In this document: piece by piece, positions 24,628-39,059 of the stretch
How the letters are laid out: every line of letters starts with the position of its first letter
How positions within the stretch are numbered: position 1 is the stretch's first letter
NCBI GenBank assembly: GCA_963841135.1
Contig: CAWJBJ010000004.1
Location: 31,496-95,495, forward strand
DNA from: an uncultured Chloroflexia bacterium
GTDB taxonomy: Bacteria > Chloroflexota > Limnocylindria > Limnocylindrales > CSP1-4
Reading direction: 5' to 3'
Length of the DNA: 64,000 nucleotides
Program-made: the position numbers and the translations under genes
The notes under the pieces: model-generated
What the model saw: only the letters and a program-made list of their open reading frames with translations
Told to the model about the DNA's origin: nothing
The model's database searches: none

Positions 24628-25200
24628 TCAGTCCCGCCGCCGGTACTCCCCGCCGGCCCGCGTCATCAGGCCCTCGTCGACCATGTAGCGGCGGAGCGCG
24701 GCCACGTCCGGGTGGAACAGCGCCAGCCGCTGGTTGACCTCCTTCTCCGGGTACAGGCGATCTTCGGTGAAGCAGCGGTCCCGCAGGTAGCGCAGCACGA
24801 CGAGCCGCTTGGACCCGGTCGCGGGGATCGTCGTGAGTCGGTCGGCCTCGAAGAACCCGCGCAGGACGCGGGCGATCTCGCTCGGAACGGGCTCGCCGCC
24901 CGGTCCGACGCCCGGCCCCGGGTCCTCGCGGGCGTCCGGCTCGAGCTCGGCCAGCTGGCGTCCGAGGGCGCCGACAGCCTCGAGCCGCAAGGCGTATCTC
25001 GCCGTGCGTCCGTCCCCCTCGACGGAGACGAGTCCGGCGTCGATGAGCTTGCCGAGCTGGCGTCGCACGATGGCGGGGGCCAGGTCGAGGTCGGCCGCGA
25101 GATCCGCTTCGACGGATGCCGCGCTTGCGAGCCGACCGGTGATCCGCAGCCGGATCGGGTCCGCCAGCGCGCGGAGGGCGGTCAGCAGGTCGTGATCCAT
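24628..25200 (-). CDS. ArsR-type HTH regulator with C-terminal DUF2087 domain
   Basis: MDHDLLTALRALADPIRLRITGRL... and RLTTIPATGSKRLVVLRYLRDRCFTEDRLYPEKEVNQRLALFHPDVAALRRYMVDEGLMTR. Confidence 0.75.
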   Translation of the reverse strand: MDHDLLTALRALADPIRLRITGRLASAASVEADLAADLDLAPAIVRRQLGKLIDAGLVSVEGDGRTARYALRLEAVGALGRQLAELEPDAREDPGPGVGPGGEPVPSEIARVLRGFFEADRLTTIPATGSKRLVVLRYLRDRCFTEDRLYPEKEVNQRLALFHPDVAALRRYMVDEGLMTRAGGEYRRRD

Positions 25201-26200
25201 GGCGCGCGCATCGTACGATGCGCCCGTGCTTCCAGACGGCCGACGCCTCGGTGCCCACCTGCCCGTGGCGACCGGCATGGTCAGGGCCGTCGAGCGCGCC
25301 CACGAGATCGGGGCGACCGCCCTCCAGGTCTTCGGCGACAACCCGACCGCGTGGCGCCGGCGGGCGGAGCCACCCGGTGACCTGCCGGCGTTTCGCGAGC
25401 GTCTCGTCGCGAGGGACATCGGTCCGGTGGCCGTCCACGCGTCGTACCTGATCAACCTCGCGGGCCCCGAGCCCGACTTCTACGAACGGTCCATCGGTCT
25501 CGTGACGAGCGAACTGCAAGCCGGCCCGGCGTTCGCGGCCCGGTTCGTCAACGTCCACGTCGGATCGCATCGCGACACGTCTGTCGCGACGGGGACGGCG
25601 CGCCTGGCCGATGCGGTCGCGCGGATCCTTGCCGAGATCGACGACACGCCCGATGCCGCGCGACTCGTCCTCGAGAACTCGTCCGGAGGCGGGTTCGGCC
25701 TCGGCACGAACGTCGCGGAGCTCGCGGGCATCGCCGAGGCGATCGCGGCGCGCGGCGTCGCGGACGGCCGGATCGGCTTCTGCCTTGACACGGCCCACGC
25801 CTGGGGCGCCGGCGTCGACCTCTCGCGACCCGACGCGGTCGATGCGTTCCTCGCCGACTTCGACCGCCACATCGGGCTCGCTCGGCTGGTCATGGTCCAC
25901 CTCAACGACTCGAAGTCCGAACGGGGCTCGCGCTCGGATCGGCACGAGCACATCGGGGCCGGGCTCATCGGCGGGCCGGGTCTGGCACGGGTGCTCACCC
26001 ACCCGGACCTCGCGGGCGCGACCTACTACCTCGAGACGCCCGGCATGGACGAGGGCTACGACGCGGTCAACGTCGCCCGGGCCTATGACCTCGCCGCGGG
26101 TCGTCCGCTGGCGATCCTGCCGCCGGAGGCGATGACGATGCGCGGCAGCCGGTCGCGGTCCGCCCCCGCCGAGCCCGCACCGAGCGGCACGGGTTCGTGA
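25199..26200 (+). CDS. nfo: Deoxyribonuclease IV (endonuclease IV)
   Basis: LGAHLPVA, ALQVFGDNPTAW, VHASYLINLA, VNVHVGSH, LVLENSSG, FCLDTAHAW, VHLNDSK...DRHEHIG. The start is ATG 25199 or GTG 25223. Confidence 0.9.
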   Translation: MARASYDAPVLPDGRRLGAHLPVATGMVRAVERAHEIGATALQVFGDNPTAWRRRAEPPGDLPAFRERLVARDIGPVAVHASYLINLAGPEPDFYERSIGLVTSELQAGPAFAARFVNVHVGSHRDTSVATGTARLADAVARILAEIDDTPDAARLVLENSSGGGFGLGTNVAELAGIAEAIAARGVADGRIGFCLDTAHAWGAGVDLSRPDAVDAFLADFDRHIGLARLVMVHLNDSKSERGSRSDRHEHIGAGLIGGPGLARVLTHPDLAGATYYLETPGMDEGYDAVNVARAYDLAAGRPLAILPPEAMTMRGSRSRSAPAEPAPSGTGS

Positions 26201-27806
26201 GCGTCGCATCGGCATCGGGACGCGGGCGCTCGCCGGCGGCCTGGGTCGCGCCGCTCGGACTCGTTGCGCTCGCCGCGCTCATGCGACTCCCCGGCCTTGC
26301 GGCCCGTGGCACGTGGGATGCGGACCAGGGCCACGACATGCTCGTGCTGCGCGCGCTCGTCCGAGACGGTGTCGTGCCACTCCTCGGACCACCGACGTCG
26401 ATCGGCGACGTGCACCACGGGGCGCTGTACTACTTCATCCTCGCCCCGTCGGCCGCGCTGACCGGTGGCGACTCACCGTTCGCGGTCACGCTCGAGATCG
26501 CGCTGTTCGGCATCGCCGCGGTGGCGGTCACGTGGTGGCTCGCGCGGGCGATCGCGGGGACCGGTCGCGGGGTTCGTGGCCGGGCTCCTGATGGCGATCT
26601 CGGCGTCCGCCATCGAGGAGTCGACGTTCATCTGGAACCCGAATCTCATCGCGCTGTCGAGTGCGGTCGCCCTGGCCGGAGCCTGGCACGCATGGTCGAC
26701 CCGCCGGGCCCGGTGGTGGCTGCTCGCGGCGGTCGGAACGGCCGTCACGATGCAGTGTCACGTCCTTGGCGTGACCCTGCTGCCGGTCATCGGAGCCCTG
26801 CTCGTGGCCGATGCCCGGCGTCGAGGGCCGAGCCCCGAGCGCGCGACCGTCCTCCGCGTCGGGCTCGCGGGAATCGCGCTCATCGCGCTGTCGTTCGCTC
26901 CCCTCCTGATCCACGAGGTGACGACCGACTTCGGCGAGGTCCGCGCTGCGCTCGCGTACCTCCAGCGCGGTGGCGAGACCGTCGACCTCCCGCTCGTCAC
27001 CCGCTTCCTCGTGGTCCTCGTCCGCGTCGTCTCGTGGCCGCTGACCGGCCTGGTCACGACCTCGCTGGGGGTCGCCGTCCTGGCGCTCGGGCTCGTCGGC
27101 CTCGTCGTCGGCTGGCGATGGCGCAGCCCGGACGATGGGGAGCGCACGGCCGTGCGCTGGCTGGGTCTCGGCGTGCTCTGGACGGCGGGGTTCCTGACCG
27201 TCGCGGCCACCTCGCTCTCCGTCGTGGTCCCGGGCCTTCCGAACGACCACTACCACGCCTTCGGGGACCCGATGGCGTTCGTCCTGGTCGGGATCGGCGT
27301 CGCGGCGGCCTGGCGAGCCTGGCGCGCCCGCGGGACCGAGTCCGAACGGACGCCAGCCGACGGGGTGCCCCTCGCCGTGGCCGGCGTGATCGTCGTGGCG
27401 CTCGCGGCCTGGAACCTCGCCCATCTGCCGCCCTCGCCCGCGGAGGATGGCGGCTTCCCGGCCGCCGCCGAGGCGGCGACCCGGATCGAGGCGGCGACCA
27501 CCGAGCGGGCAATCGCGATCCGCTCGCTGCCGCGCATCAAGTCCGCGGACACCTTCGTGTACCCGCTGGCCCGCGACGGCGTACGAGTCGTGCCCGAGGC
27601 GTCGACCCGCACGCTCGTGATCGTGTGCGATGCGCTGTTCGAGGCGTCGATCGGCGCCGCGTGCGGCGGTCCCGCCGAAACGGCGCTGCTGGCGTCCGAT
27701 CCATTCATCCCGGACGGGGCGACGCGGCCCCTCCGGGCAGCTGGAGATGCGCGACCGCTTCGAGGCCGCACCCGGCCGATTCGTCAGCGTGTACGTCGCG
27801 CCCTGA
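26197..27806 (+). pseudogene. GT39/PMT_2-like GT-C glycosyltransferase, third copy, frame broken about twice
   Basis: The GTG start overlaps the nfo stop (GTGA). MRLPGLAARGTWDADQGHDMLVLRAL...HHGALYYFILAP. A frame change at the G-run near 26557 joins ..WWLARAIAG to PVAGFVAGLLMAIS. A second change lies near 27720; the likely C-terminus is ..RFEAAPGRFVSVYVAP with TGA at 27804-27806. Confidence 0.6.
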
Positions 27807-27942
27807 GATCCGCGCGCGGTCACACGGGCCGCCGCTCGACCCTCGCCGGGAATCGCGAACGCCGGCGCCCCAGACGCCGGCGTTCGCTGTCCCCGAGACC
27901 CGGACGGTGGAGGGCGGTCCGGGTCGTGCCCTGGTGAATGCT

Positions 27943-28488
27943 CTAGTAGCGGCCCCGCTCGGGTCCCGCGCTGCGCGAGACCGGTCGGACGGAACCGAGC
28001 GCCACACCGACCGGTGTCGAGCTGCCCCCGGCGCCCATCGGCCGTCCGGGCGCGGCCGGGCGACCCAGCGTGCGCTCGTTGTTCGGTCGATCGGGACCCG
28101 AGGTCGTCGTCGGCTCGGTCGGCTGGAACGGACGGCCGTAGCGGCGCATCCGCACGGCCAGGTAGTACTCCATGATCTGGCGGACCTGCGGCTCGGTCAG
28201 GAGCTCGTCCGCTCGGAGCGAGTATTCGACTCGGGCGGTCGGGTTCATCGAGCCCGAGGCCACCAGGCCGAGGTATTGGGGCGTATCTGCGTCGTCGCGG
28301 AGTTCACGCAGGCCGCGGGCCAGTTTCGTGGCGGTGCCGAGGGACGGCATCCGGTCCCCGCGGATCAGCCGGGAGATGGTCGAGTGGTCAACGCCCGATT
28401 GCTGGGCAAGTTGACGCTGCGACATCTTCTTGGCTTTGAGTTGGGCTCGAAGCCATTCATTGAAGGCTCGGCCGTTTTGAGTCGTCAT
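27943..28488 (-). CDS. XRE-family helix-turn-helix transcriptional regulator
   Basis: MSQRQLAQQSGVDHSTISRLIRGDRMPSLGTATKLARGL, with a Pro/Gly-rich C-terminal tail. Confidence 0.75.
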   Translation of the reverse strand: MTTQNGRAFNEWLRAQLKAKKMSQRQLAQQSGVDHSTISRLIRGDRMPSLGTATKLARGLRELRDDADTPQYLGLVASGSMNPTARVEYSLRADELLTEPQVRQIMEYYLAVRMRRYGRPFQPTEPTTTSGPDRPNNERTLGRPAAPGRPMGAGGSSTPVGVALGSVRPVSRSAGPERGRY

Positions 28489-28742
28489 GTCAGCGTGGGC
28501 GCTCCGTCAGGGTCGTCCCGCGGTTCGTGCCGCGATACCCCAACTATCGAGTCAGGCGGAGGGGTCCTGTATCCCCCGTTGGTACCGCTCGGAGCGCCTC
28601 CACGACGGTCGCGAGCCAGGTGGGTCCAGTGCAGTCATGCCGGGAGAGGGGCGATGAAGACCGGAGCCTCCCCCCGGACGAAGGTACGTCTCTCATCAAG
28701 GTCCGGTTCGCGGCCCCACGGACCGTGGATGGTCGAGTTGCG

Positions 28743-29955
28743 TCAGGTGCCCGACAGCGGCGTCGTTGCCGGGGCGGGTTCGACGATCGTCCCCATGCCG
28801 CTCGGCTTGGCCGAGAGCACATATCCGATCGAGCCGAAGATGATGATCGAGAAGACGCTGATCACCCGGTCGAGCAGGGCGATGGCCGTAGCCTCGGGCA
28901 GCGCGATCCCGTAGGCGACGGTCAGGACGCCCACGACGCCCGGCCTCGACGATGCCGAGTCCGGCTGGGCTGAGTGGCACGGCGGTCAGCAGGGATCCGA
29001 TCAGCGCGACGAAGACCGCGCCCGACAGGCCCATCTCGACGTCCGCGAAGCCCAGGGCGAGGACGACGAAGTAGAGGCGCAGGGCCTCGGTCATCCAGAT
29101 GAGTCCCGTCAGCAGGCCGAGGCCCGGCAACTGCCGGAATCGGATGGCCCCGAAGACGCCTTCCTCGAACCGATCGTAGAGCTCGAGCACGGTCTGCGGC
29201 AGCGGGAGCGCGAGGATGATCCGGCGCCCGAAGTTGCGCATCGTGAAGAGCCCGATGCCGAGCACTGCGACCACGACGAGGCCGATGATGAACACGACCT
29301 GGATCGCCGTCGGGAGGCCGTCCCGGAAGCTCCAGAACCCGGCGGCGATGCCGAGCAGCGCGATCGCCATCAGGTCCAGGCAGCGCTCGATGAAGACCGT
29401 CCCGAACGTCCGGCTCAGGGATGCCGTGCTGTTGATCTTGAGCAGATAGGCCCGGTAGACGTCGCCGAGCTTGGCCGGGACGATGCAGTTGACGAGCCAC
29501 GACAGGAAGATGATCTCGGTCGAATCCTTGGTCCCGATGCGGAACCCGGTCCCGCGCAGGAGGAGCGCCCAGCGCAGCCCGCGCAACGGGAAGCCGCAGT
29601 AGAAGACGAGGAATGCGACGAGGACCAGGGCGGGATCCGCGGCCGCGATCAGGGTCGGGACCTTGGACAGCTGCTGGCCGTTGAGGATCACGAAGGCGAC
29701 GATGATCGCCAGCGGGATCAGGACCGAGATGATGGTCCGGGGCTGGCGCAGACGGCGCCCGAGCGAGACCTGCTCCGGCGTCACCTCGTCGTCGAGGGGC
29801 CCACCGGCTCCAGGCGGCGCTGAGGCGCTCGCTGGCGCCGCGTGCTTCGCTCCGCGGAGCGGAAGACTGGGGCTGCTCTCCATGGGACCGGAGGCTACCG
29901 GCTCGAGTGGTGCGTTCGCCACCGGCCGATGGTCCTGTCCGTCACTTCGGCTCAC
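28743..29955 (-). pseudogene. UPF0104 / lysylphosphatidylglycerol-synthase-TM-region (flippase-like) membrane protein, one apparent frameshift
   Basis: GFPLRGLRWALLLRG, FLSWLVNCIVPAKLGDVYRAYLL, LLTAVPLSPAGLGIVEAG. The frame switches near 28930 to (M)GVLTVAYGIALPEATAIALLDRVISVFSIIIFG. The GTG start overlaps the stop of the PHP gene (GTGA). Confidence 0.6.
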
Positions 29956-30671
29956 GTCGGACCTTCGGCCGAGCGGCCGGGATCGCGTCCGTCGGGCCTG
30001 ACGCGGCCGCGTCCGCGGGTCCGCTGGATGACCTTCGCGACGGGCGTCACCAGGCGGACCGCGAAGCTCGCCCGCCCGGGGACGAGCTCGCTCGATGCCA
30101 GGGCCGCCAGAAGGCCGGCCGGCGTGGACGGGTCTCCGTCGAGCGCGGTGTAGGCGACCCCGACCTCGAGGATCGTGTGCGCGTCCGAGACCGCGACGGC
30201 GGGCCGGCCGTGCGTGCGTGCGAATTCCATCGCCCGCTCGTTCCCGCCGCCGACCAGTCGCGCGTTGTGGCCCTCGACCCAGTCGACGAGCGGGGCGATC
30301 GCGTCCATGCGCCCGTCGGTCAGCAGCGACCCGCGCAGACGGTCGAAGGGGTGAGGGATGCCGACCAGCCCGCCCTGGTCTCGCGCGGCCCGGATCGTGT
30401 CGACGGCCGAGCGCCCCGGCGCGATGGCCCGCTCGAGGAAGAGGCAGATGAGATCACCGTCGGAGGTCCGGACCTCCTCCCCGACGATGACGGTCAACCC
30501 CTCCGGCGCCGCGTCACGCGCCCGAAGCGCCCCATCGATCCGATCGTGATCCGTCACCGCGAGATGCGTCAGCCCCCGAGCCCCCGCCGCCCGCACCACC
30601 TTCTCAGGCTTCGACAACGAATCAAAACTGAAACTCGTATGACAGTGCAGATCGATGAAGGCACGCGTCAT
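29952..30671 (-). CDS. PHP-domain metal-dependent phosphoesterase
   Basis: FIDLHCHTSFSFDS, LAVTDHD, GIPHPFD, AVSDAH. Confidence 0.8.
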   Translation of the reverse strand: MTRAFIDLHCHTSFSFDSLSKPEKVVRAAGARGLTHLAVTDHDRIDGALRARDAAPEGLTVIVGEEVRTSDGDLICLFLERAIAPGRSAVDTIRAARDQGGLVGIPHPFDRLRGSLLTDGRMDAIAPLVDWVEGHNARLVGGGNERAMEFARTHGRPAVAVSDAHTILEVGVAYTALDGDPSTPAGLLAALASSELVPGRASFAVRLVTPVAKVIQRTRGRGRVRPDGRDPGRSAEGPT

Positions 30672-30824
30672 CAGGCGTCATCCACGAGAGTGCCGTGAGC
30701 GCAGCGGCGTGAGCGGGTGGCGGGGGACGGTTCCTGACGGGCGCCGGACCTGCAGCGAAAGCGAGGTCCAAGCCCGGCAGGGTTCGTCCCCCGACAGGAC
30801 CCGCGACTGCCCTGCCCCGGCACG

Positions 30825-31823
30825 CTAGATCTGCTGGACCAACGACTTCTTGAAAAAGTCGAAGTGTTCTAGGGCCAGCCCTGTCCCGAGCGCGACGCAG
30901 TTGAGCGGGTCCTCGGCGACGTGACACGGCACGCCGGTGACCTGGGTGAGCAATCGGTCGATGTTGCGCAGCAGGGCCCCGCCCCCCGACATGACCATGC
31001 CCTTGTCGATGATGTCGCTCGACAGCTCCGGCGGGGTCTGCTCGAGCACGCTCCGCACCGCGGCGACCAGCTGCTGGAGCGGGGCCTCGATGGCCTCCAT
31101 GACCTCCGAGCTGGTGATCGGGATCGTGCGCGGCAGACCGGCGATCAGGTCGCGGCCGCGGACCTCCATCGTCATCTCGCGCTCCAGCGGCAGCGCGGTG
31201 CCGATCTGGATCTTGACCTCCTCGGCAGTCCGCTCGCCGATCATGAGGTTGTACTTCTTGCGGATGTACGTGGCGATCGACTCGTCGAACTTGTTGCCCC
31301 CGACCCGCAGGCTGTGCGACACGACGATGCCGCCCAGGGCGATGACGGCGATCTCGCTGGTGCCGCCGCCGATGTCGATGATCATGTTCCCCGACGGACC
31401 GCTGATCGGCACGTTCGCCCCGATCGCGGCCGCCAGCGGCTCCTCGATGAGGAACGCCTCCCGGGCGCCGGCCTTGAGCGCCGCGTCGCGCACCGCGCGC
31501 TTCTCGACGCTCGTGACGCCGGCCGGGACGCTGATCATGACCTCGGGCCGGCTGAATCCGATCCGTCCCTTGGTCGCCTTGGCGATGAAGAACCGCAGCA
31601 TCGCCTCGGTGATGACGTAGTCGGCGATGACCCCGTCCTTCATCGGTCGGATGGCCTGGATGTTGCCCGGGGTACGCCCGATCATTTCGCGGGCCTCTTC
31701 ACCGACGGCCACGATCCGGTTGTCGTCGGAGACGGCCACCACGCTCGGTTCGGTGATGACGATGCCCTTGCCCTTGACGTACACGAGCACGTTGGCCGTG
31801 CCGAGGTCGATGCCGATCTTCAT
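30825..31823 (-). CDS. mreB: Rod shape-determining actin homolog MreB
   Basis: [43 protein letters not shown]. Intact 332 aa. Confidence 0.95.
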   Translation of the reverse strand: MKIGIDLGTANVLVYVKGKGIVITEPSVVAVSDDNRIVAVGEEAREMIGRTPGNIQAIRPMKDGVIADYVITEAMLRFFIAKATKGRIGFSRPEVMISVPAGVTSVEKRAVRDAALKAGAREAFLIEEPLAAAIGANVPISGPSGNMIIDIGGGTSEIAVIALGGIVVSHSLRVGGNKFDESIATYIRKKYNLMIGERTAEEVKIQIGTALPLEREMTMEVRGRDLIAGLPRTIPITSSEVMEAIEAPLQQLVAAVRSVLEQTPPELSSDIIDKGMVMSGGGALLRNIDRLLTQVTGVPCHVAEDPLNCVALGTGLALEHFDFFKKSLVQQI

Positions 31824-33166
31824 GGGTTGGTGTCTGTCGTCCCTTCCTCGAGGCGCTCGATGCTGGCGCCGAGATCAACGAACTTCCGCTCGATGTTCTC
31901 ATAGCCCCGGTGAACGTGGTGAGCGCCGTGGATCGTGGACGCGCCCTCGGCCGCCAGCGCGGCGAGGATGAGCGACGCCCCGGCACGCAGGTCGCCGATC
32001 TCGACCTCGGCGCCACGCAGCGCTGACCGGCCCGTGATCGTCGCGTGGTGGGCGTCCTGCGCCTCGGCGACCACGCCCATCCTGCGAGCCTCGCTCAGCC
32101 ACTCCAGGCGATCTTCGAAGATCGCCTCGTGGACGTGCGAGACGCCTTCGGCCTGGGTCAGCAGGACGCACGTCGGCGGCTGCAGATCGGTGGCGAGACC
32201 CGGATAGGCCGCCGTCACGATGTCCGTCGCCCGATAGCCGACGCCGTTCAGGGCCGTGCCGTCCACCTCGATCGTGTCTTGGCCGCAGGCGACGCCGACC
32301 CCGACGCGCGATACCGCATCGAGGAACTCCCCGAGGTGATCGCACGGTGCGCCTTCGAGCGTCACCCGGCCGCCCGTAACGGCGGCGGCCACGATGAACG
32401 TGCCGGTCTCGATCCGGTCGGGGAGCACGTGATGCTCGGCGCCGCGCAGGCGCTTGCGACCCTCGATCTCGATCGTGTCGGGTGCCGTCCGCTCGACCTC
32501 GGCGCCCATCGCGCAGAGGAACGTGATGAGGTCGTCCACCTCCGGCTCTTGGGCGGCGGGCCGGATGACGGTGTGCCCCTCGGCGAGCGTCGCGGCCAGC
32601 ATCGCGTTCTCGGTCCCCATCACCGACACGAACGGGAACCGGACCTCCGCCCCACGCAGACGGCCGGGCGCGGTCGCGAAGTAGTAGCCGTTCCGATACT
32701 CGATCGACGCGCCGAGTGCCCGCATCGCATCGACGTGCAGGTCCACGGGTCGCCGGCCGATCCGGTCACCGCCGGGGTTGCTGATGATGACCCGACCGAA
32801 TCGCGTGAGCAGCGGCCCCAGCAGGATGAAGCTCGCGCGCATCTTCGCCGCCGCCTCGAGCGGCACGAACAGCCACTCGACGTCGCCCGAGGCGATCTCG
32901 TAGGTGTCGGGCGCCGTCCGATCGACGACCACGCCGAGGTCGCGCAGGGTGTCCGCGAGGACGCGCACGTCCTCGATGTCGGGCACGTTCGTCAGCTTGC
33001 AGCGCTCGCCGGTCAGGGTGGCGGCCGCCATCAGCTTGAGGGCGGCGTTCTTGGCGCCGCTGATCTGGATCGTGCCGTTCAGCGGCCGCCCGCCCTCGAC
33101 CCGGAAGAGCTCGCGAACCACGGGCTCGGGCCGGTATTCCCACTGGAACGGTCGTGCGTCAGCCAC
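31820..33166 (-). CDS. murA: UDP-N-acetylglucosamine 1-carboxyvinyltransferase
   Basis: [39 protein letters not shown]. The stop overlaps the mreB start (ATGA). Confidence 0.95.
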   Translation of the reverse strand: MADARPFQWEYRPEPVVRELFRVEGGRPLNGTIQISGAKNAALKLMAAATLTGERCKLTNVPDIEDVRVLADTLRDLGVVVDRTAPDTYEIASGDVEWLFVPLEAAAKMRASFILLGPLLTRFGRVIISNPGGDRIGRRPVDLHVDAMRALGASIEYRNGYYFATAPGRLRGAEVRFPFVSVMGTENAMLAATLAEGHTVIRPAAQEPEVDDLITFLCAMGAEVERTAPDTIEIEGRKRLRGAEHHVLPDRIETGTFIVAAAVTGGRVTLEGAPCDHLGEFLDAVSRVGVGVACGQDTIEVDGTALNGVGYRATDIVTAAYPGLATDLQPPTCVLLTQAEGVSHVHEAIFEDRLEWLSEARRMGVVAEAQDAHHATITGRSALRGAEVEIGDLRAGASLILAALAAEGASTIHGAHHVHRGYENIERKFVDLGASIERLEEGTTDTNP

Positions 33167-33172
33167 CGAGGC

Positions 33173-33601
33173 TCATCCGCGGTGTCGCGGACCCTCCCGG
33201 TGGCGGCGCTCGGCGACGCGGATCCGGAGCAGTGCCTGCTGGAGCTGGGCGCGGGCGCGGGCGAGGTCGACGGGCTCGCCACCGGTCTCCTGGAGCGCCC
33301 GCTCGGCGTCGCGCCGGGCCTCCTGGGCCTTCTCGAGGTCGATCTCGCTGGCGAGGTCCGCGGTCTCGGCCATGACCACGACCTTGTCCGGCCGGACCTG
33401 GAGGAAGCCGCCGACGATCGCGAACGACTCCTCGGTGCCGCCCTTGCGGATGCGCAGCTCACCGACGCCCAGCATCGAGACCAGCGGAGCGTGGTGGGGC
33501 AGGACCCCGAGCTCGCCCTCGCTCCCGGGCAGGACGACCGAGTCGACCGTGTCCGAGTAGGCGAGCCGCTCCGGAGTGACGATCTCGAGCAACAGCGGCA
33601 T
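33173..33601 (-). CDS. atpC: F1 ATP synthase epsilon subunit
   Basis: LEIVTPERLAYSDTVDSVVLPGSEGELGVLPHHAPL. Confidence 0.9.
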   Translation of the reverse strand: MPLLLEIVTPERLAYSDTVDSVVLPGSEGELGVLPHHAPLVSMLGVGELRIRKGGTEESFAIVGGFLQVRPDKVVVMAETADLASEIDLEKAQEARRDAERALQETGGEPVDLARARAQLQQALLRIRVAERRHREGPRHRG

Positions 33602-33603
33602 CG

Positions 33604-35046
<1,443 letters not shown>

Positions 35047-35881
35047 TCAGCGGGCGTTGGCGCCGGACGCGATCTCGATCATCTCGCGGGTGATGTTGGA
35101 TTGACGGACCTTGTTGTAGGAGATCGTGAGGTCCTCGATGAGGTCTTCGGCGTTCTCGGTGGCGTTCTTCATCGCGACCATCCGACTCGATTCCTCGCTG
35201 GCCTTCGCCTCGAGGACGGCCTGGTAGAGGCGTGTCGCGACGTAGCGCGGCAGCAGTCGCTCCAGCACGGCCGCTGCGCTGGGCTCGAAGATGAACTGGT
35301 GGCCGGGGATCCCCTCGGTGTCCTCGGCCGGCTCGATCGGCAGGATGGGCAGGTTCTCCGGGCGCTGGACCAGCGTCGAGACGAAGCGGCTGAAGACGAC
35401 GTCCACGCGCGTGTAGGTGCGGGCCAGGAAGTCGTCGGTGATGAGACGGGCCAGCGGCAAGACGTCGGCGAAGGTGGGCCGGTCGCCGAACGTCGCGAAA
35501 TGGGCCTCCAGGGGGACGCCTGCCCGGCGCATCGCGTCCCGGCCCTTGCGTCCCACGGTGATCAACGCGAGATCATCCGACTTGTCGAGGATGTCGCGCG
35601 CGACGAACCGGACGATGTTCGTGTTGAGCGGCCCCGCCAGAGGGCGGTCCGTGGTGATGAGCACGACGAGGCGCTTGCCGCCTTCGGGGGTGGCCAGCAG
35701 CGGGTGGTCCTCGCCGCCCAGCACCGCGGCCAGGTCGGCCAGGACCTCGTCGAGCTTCTCGCTGTACGGCCGCGCCGCGAGCGTCGCGTCCTGGGCGCGC
35801 TTCAACTTGGACGCGGCCACGAACTGCATCGCGCGCGTGATCTGCTTGATGTTCTTGACGGCGCCGATCCGGCGCCGGATG

Positions 35882-35898
<17 letters not shown>
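35047..35898 (-). CDS. atpG: F1 ATP synthase gamma subunit
   Basis: True start is GTG 35896-35898 (V)ASQRDIRRRIGAVKNIKQITRAMQFVAASKL. The upstream 63 codons of the track ORF are the out-of-frame atpA tail. Confidence 0.9.
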
Positions 35899-37607
<1,709 letters not shown>

Positions 37608-37619
37608 GTGATGGATCTC

Positions 37620-38168
37620 CTAGAACGCGCCTGAGACCAGTTGGTTGCGCAGCCGCTCCAGGCGGCCTCGGACGCTGCCGTCGATCATGCGGTCGCCGAC
37701 GCGGACGACCAGGCCACCCAGCAGGCTGGGATCGACCTGGAGGTCGAGCTCGACTTGTGCGCCGGTCATCTGCTCGAGCCGGGCCACGAGCGCCCGGACC
37801 TCGTCCTTGCTGAGCGGGCTAGCGGTGGTGGCGGTGGCGGGGATGATCCCCTTGGCCGCATTGTCCAGGCGCCGGAACTCCGCCGAGACGCGGGGCAGTT
37901 GTTCGATCTTGCCGTTCCTGAGCATCAGCCGGATGAGGTTCAGCACCGGCCTCGACACGATGGGCCCGATGATCGACTCGACCAGGCCCTCGCGGTGGTC
38001 GAGCGGGACGGCGGGGTTGGCGAGCACTCGCGCGACCTCCGGGTCCTCGACGACGGCCCCGGCCGTGTCGAGCTCGGATCGCCAGGTCTCGACGGTGTCG
38101 TCGCGCACAGCCACCTCGTAGGCGGCATCCGCATAGCGTCGAGCGGCCGTCTCCCGGCGGGCGGCCAT
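37620..38168 (-). CDS. atpH: F1 ATP synthase delta (OSCP) subunit
   Basis: Position between atpF and atpA. YADAAYEVA..., C-terminal GGLVVRVGDRMIDGSVRGRLERL. Confidence 0.85.
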   Translation of the reverse strand: MAARRETAARRYADAAYEVAVRDDTVETWRSELDTAGAVVEDPEVARVLANPAVPLDHREGLVESIIGPIVSRPVLNLIRLMLRNGKIEQLPRVSAEFRRLDNAAKGIIPATATTASPLSKDEVRALVARLEQMTGAQVELDLQVDPSLLGGLVVRVGDRMIDGSVRGRLERLRNQLVSGAF

Positions 38169-38737
38169 CAGTTCTTCGACCCGTCGACGGCCGCCTCGGC
38201 CAGGAACTCCTCGACGAGGCGTCGCTGGCGTTCGTCATCCATCGTCTCGCCGACGACCCGACTCGCGGCTGCGAGCGCCAGATCGGCGACCTCCGCGCGC
38301 AGCTCGCCGATCGCGCGCTGCTTCTCGGCCTCGATGTCGGCAGCCGCGCGCACGCGGATGCGCTCCAGTTCCTCGCGCGTCGCGGCGATGTCCGCGTCGC
38401 GCATCTCCTGGGCGGCCTTCTGCGCCCGGTTGATGATGTCGTTCGCCTCCAGCCGCGCCGCGGTCAGCGTGGCGACGCGCTCCGTCTCAGCGCTCTCGCG
38501 GTCGCGGCGGGCCTGGTCGGCGTCCTTCAGTCCCTGCTCGATCCGCTCCTTCCGATCGGTGAGCATCTTCGAGACCGGCTTGAGCGCAAAGGTCCAGAGG
38601 ATGGCCAGGAAGATGATGAAGTTCAGCGCGCTGACGATCACCCAGAACACGTTGATCTGGAACAGCGCGCCGCCCTCCTCGGCGGCCAGGCGGACGACGT
38701 CGCGCCCGGCCCCGGACGCGACGGCGAGGATGTCCAC
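38168..38737 (-). CDS. atpF: F0 ATP synthase b subunit
   Basis: Single N-terminal TM (FWVIVSALNFIIFLAILWTF) followed by a long charged helix. ATGA overlap with atpH. Confidence 0.85.
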   Translation of the reverse strand: MDILAVASGAGRDVVRLAAEEGGALFQINVFWVIVSALNFIIFLAILWTFALKPVSKMLTDRKERIEQGLKDADQARRDRESAETERVATLTAARLEANDIINRAQKAAQEMRDADIAATREELERIRVRAAADIEAEKQRAIGELRAEVADLALAAASRVVGETMDDERQRRLVEEFLAEAAVDGSKN

Positions 38738-38761
38738 GATGCCTACTCCGTGCCGGGTCGA

Positions 38762-38983
38762 CTAGGTGGTGGGCTGGATGAAGATCGCGAGCAGGCCGAC
38801 GACGATCGCGAGGACGCCGAGGCCCTCGGCGAATGCCGCGAGGATGATCGCGATGCCGCGGATCTGCCCGGCAGCGTCGGGGTTGCGGCCGATGGCCGTT
38901 GCGGCGAGCCCGCCGAGGATGCCGATGCCGATGCCGGGGCCGAAGACCCCGAGGGCGGCCAGTCCGGCGCCGAAGTAGTCCAT
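38762..38983 (-). CDS. atpE: F0 ATP synthase c subunit
   Basis: 73-aa hairpin with GIGILGG...RNP loop and the carboxylate in ILAAFAEGLGVLA. Confidence 0.9.
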   Translation of the reverse strand: MDYFGAGLAALGVFGPGIGIGILGGLAATAIGRNPDAAGQIRGIAIILAAFAEGLGVLAIVVGLLAIFIQPTT

Positions 38984-39059
38984 GTCGTGAGTTCCTCCTA
39001 CTCCCCGGGCCGTTCGAGCCCTGGGCCAATGGGACCGATGGTTCCGCCGGATCGGCGGG

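Noticed and set aside
24545-26215. 556-aa minus-strand ORF antisense to nfo
   Set aside because: Only its last 190 codons (24628-25200, a different start) form the ArsR/DUF2087 gene. The rest is antisense to a clear endonuclease IV gene.
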